DNA of 37,478 nucleotides, taken from NCBI GenBank assembly GCA_031459535.1, contig JAVKIJ010000021.1:1-37478 (forward strand). The letters are read 5' to 3'. This document shows, piece by piece, positions 35,714 to 37,478 of the stretch. The DNA comes from Candidatus Fervidifonticultor quintus. Its GTDB lineage: Bacteria; Sysuimicrobiota; Sysuimicrobiia; Sysuimicrobiales; Humicultoraceae. The notes under the pieces are model-generated. The model saw nothing but the letters and a program-made list of their open reading frames with translations, did no database searches and had not been told where the DNA came from. The position numbers and the translations under genes are program-made. Within the stretch, counting starts at the first letter, position 1, and each line of letters begins with the position of its first letter.

Positions 35714-35754
35714 GCCAACACGCCCGCGGAGTGACGAAGGGTCGTTCGTGAAGT
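35696..35754. repeat. 16-bp exact direct repeat with 27-bp spacer
   Basis: GGGTCGTTCGTGAAGT at 35696-35711 and 35739-35754. Confidence 0.85.
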
Positions 35755-36574
35755 GAGGGGGGGCCGCGCCGGCCTCATCGGGCGGCTGGGCGAAGTCCTG
35801 CGGCCGCACGAGCCGATCTCCCGCCCGGCATATCTAGCGGGGGTCGCCGCGTCGGCTGCAGGCCTGTTTGCCCTGTGGGCCGGCCTCACCTACGGCGGCT
35901 TCGTGGCGCCGCTGTTCCTCCCGTCTCCATCGGACATCGTGCGCGCGGCCGGCGAGCTGATCGCCGACGGCAGCCTGCTGACCCATACTCGGGCTAGCGT
36001 GCTCGTCATCGTCACGGGGTGGGCGCTCGCCGTGGTCCTGGCCGTGCCCCTGGGCATCCTGATGGGGACCCTCAAGTTCGTGGAGGCGATCGTCGAGCCA
36101 GTGGTGGACTTCGTCCGCTACCTGCCCGTCTCGGCCATGATCCCGCTGCTGATCCTCTACATTGGCATCGGCACCGCCGAGAAGGTCGCGGTCATCTTCA
36201 TCGGCACGTTCTTCCAGCTCATCCTGCTGATCGCCGACGTCTCGGCCAACGTGCCCAAGGACCTGCTGGACTCGGCCTACACGCTGGGCGCCCGGCGCGG
36301 CGACGTGCTGCGCCGGGTGTTGCTGCCCGCCACCCTGCCCGGCGTGATGGACAACCTGCGGATCACCATGGGATGGGCCTGGACGTACCTCATCGTGGCC
36401 GAACTGGTCGCCGCCGACCGGGGGCTGGGCTACATGATCCTCGACGCGGGCCGCGGGCTGTTCACCGACCGCATCTTCGTGGGCCTGTTCACCATCGGGC
36501 TGCTGGGCTTCGCGTTCGACTTTGCCTTCAAGAGCCTGCACAGGCTGCTGCTGCCGTGGTCGCCGAAGATCTAG
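35753..36574 (+). CDS. ABC importer permease (TauC/SsuC-like)
   Basis: Motifs FLPSP, RYLP, EAA-like loop LLDSAYTLGA, AW..LIVAEL.A...GLG. Confidence 0.93.
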   Translation: MRGGRAGLIGRLGEVLRPHEPISRPAYLAGVAASAAGLFALWAGLTYGGFVAPLFLPSPSDIVRAAGELIADGSLLTHTRASVLVIVTGWALAVVLAVPLGILMGTLKFVEAIVEPVVDFVRYLPVSAMIPLLILYIGIGTAEKVAVIFIGTFFQLILLIADVSANVPKDLLDSAYTLGARRGDVLRRVLLPATLPGVMDNLRITMGWAWTYLIVAELVAADRGLGYMILDAGRGLFTDRIFVGLFTIGLLGFAFDFAFKSLHRLLLPWSPKI

Positions 36575-36621
36575 AGGCGCCAGACCCGTCACGCCCCGGG
36601 GGCCGCCGCGAGGACCGCGAC

Positions 36622-37440
36622 GTGAAGCTCGAGGTGCGCGATCTCAGCGTCGTCTTTACCCGCCGGCGCGGGGGAGAAGTGGTGGCAGTGGACCGGCTGT
36701 CGCTGGGCGTACGCGACCAGGAGTTCGTGTCCATCGTGGGGCCGTCGGGCTGCGGCAAGTCCACGCTGTTGCGGATCGTGGCCGGACTGATCCGGCCCAC
36801 GGCCGGTCAGGTCGTGGTGGACGGCCGTCCCGTGGAGGGGCCGGGTGCTGATCGCGGGATGGTGTTCCAGTCCTACACCCTCTTCCCATGGCTGACCGTC
36901 CAGGGCAACGTGGAGTTCGGGCTGCGGCTGCGCGGCGTGTCCGCAGACGAACGCGGCCGGGTGGCGCACCGCTACATCGAGCTGGTGGGCCTGGCGGGCA
37001 CTGAGCCGGCCTACCCCAAGGAGCTGTCCGGCGGGATGCAGCAGCGGGTCGCGATCGCTCGGGCGCTGGCCAACGAGCCAGCCATCCTGCTTATGGACGA
37101 ACCCTTCGGCGCCCTGGACGCCCAGACGCGGTCGGTCATGCAGGAGCTGCTGCTGCGGATCTGGGAGCAGACCCACAAGACCGTGCTGTTCGTGACCCAC
37201 GATATCGAGGAGGCACTGCTCCTCTCTGACCGCGTCTACGTCATGACGGCGCGGCCCGGTCGGATCAAGGCCGAGGTCACCGTCACGCTGCCCCGCCCCA
37301 GGGAGGTGGGTGTCATCGACACGCCGGCGTTCATTGCCCTGCGCCAGCAGATCCACGGGTTGATCCGAGAGGAGACGCTACGGGTGCTGGGCGAGGAGCG
37401 GGCGAGGTCGGGGGCGGGGGAAGAGGTGCCGAGGCGATGA
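36622..37440 (+). CDS. ABC importer ATP-binding protein (TauB/SsuB-like)
   Basis: Motifs GPSGCGKST, LSGGMQQR, LLMDEPFGALD, VTHD. Start GTG 36622 behind GAGG. Confidence 0.94.
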   Translation: MKLEVRDLSVVFTRRRGGEVVAVDRLSLGVRDQEFVSIVGPSGCGKSTLLRIVAGLIRPTAGQVVVDGRPVEGPGADRGMVFQSYTLFPWLTVQGNVEFGLRLRGVSADERGRVAHRYIELVGLAGTEPAYPKELSGGMQQRVAIARALANEPAILLMDEPFGALDAQTRSVMQELLLRIWEQTHKTVLFVTHDIEEALLLSDRVYVMTARPGRIKAEVTVTLPRPREVGVIDTPAFIALRQQIHGLIREETLRVLGEERARSGAGEEVPRR

Positions 37441-37468
37441 TGCAAGTCTGCATTGCATTCTTGCAATG
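37440..37468. promoter_or_regulatory. Overlapping TGCA-N4-TGCA palindromes (candidate regulator site)
   Basis: ATGCA-agtc-TGCAT (37440-37453) and CATTGCA-ttct-TGCAATG (37451-37468) in an AT-rich intergenic stretch. Confidence 0.5.
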
Positions 37469-37478
37469 AACGACATCT

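Noticed and set aside
35696..35754. Mini CRISPR array (repeat-spacer-repeat)
   Set aside because: Only two 16-bp copies, overlapping coding ends, with no cas genes or leader.
74..37466. Many long overlapping alternative-frame and antisense ORFs in the track (e.g. 9704-11110, 23031-24641, 32002-33777, 33614-35647)
   Set aside because: They are Arg/Pro/Gly/Ala-rich shadows expected at high GC, have no family motifs, and overlap well-supported genes or RNAs.

Overview
A GC-rich bacterial chromosomal segment made mostly of housekeeping and transport genes. A TolC-family channel together with a long, Alu-containing SRP RNA suggests a diderm Terrabacteria lineage such as Armatimonadota/CSP1-3 (inference only). 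In order: the 3' end of an IclR regulator; a family III CoA-transferase, citryl-CoA-lyase-like gene and tctCBA; a beta-CASP metallo-beta-lactamase nuclease that appears to start at ATC, and sppA; a decayed 1250-bp IS256-family element with intact terminal repeats and 8-bp target duplication; a candidate ~70-nt sRNA or attenuator and a 51-aa SPW peptide; an mrpA'CDEFG antiporter operon whose MrpA lacks several normally conserved polar residues; tRNA-Ser(CGA); usp and mntH with an MntR/DtxR-type operator; an unknown membrane-anchored protein and a two-component pair; tRNA-Ser(GGA) and lepB; an acyl-CoA ligase; SRP RNA; a SPOR protein; a TetR-TolC-HlyD-ABC efflux operon with tandem palindromic operators; a LonC-type protease; a PfkB kinase; and a NitT/TauT-type ABC importer. 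I see no CRISPR array, prophage or defence system. The best leads are the atypical MrpA, the orphan small RNA, the non-canonical start codon, and the uncharacterised CoA-transferase/lyase/Tct pathway.
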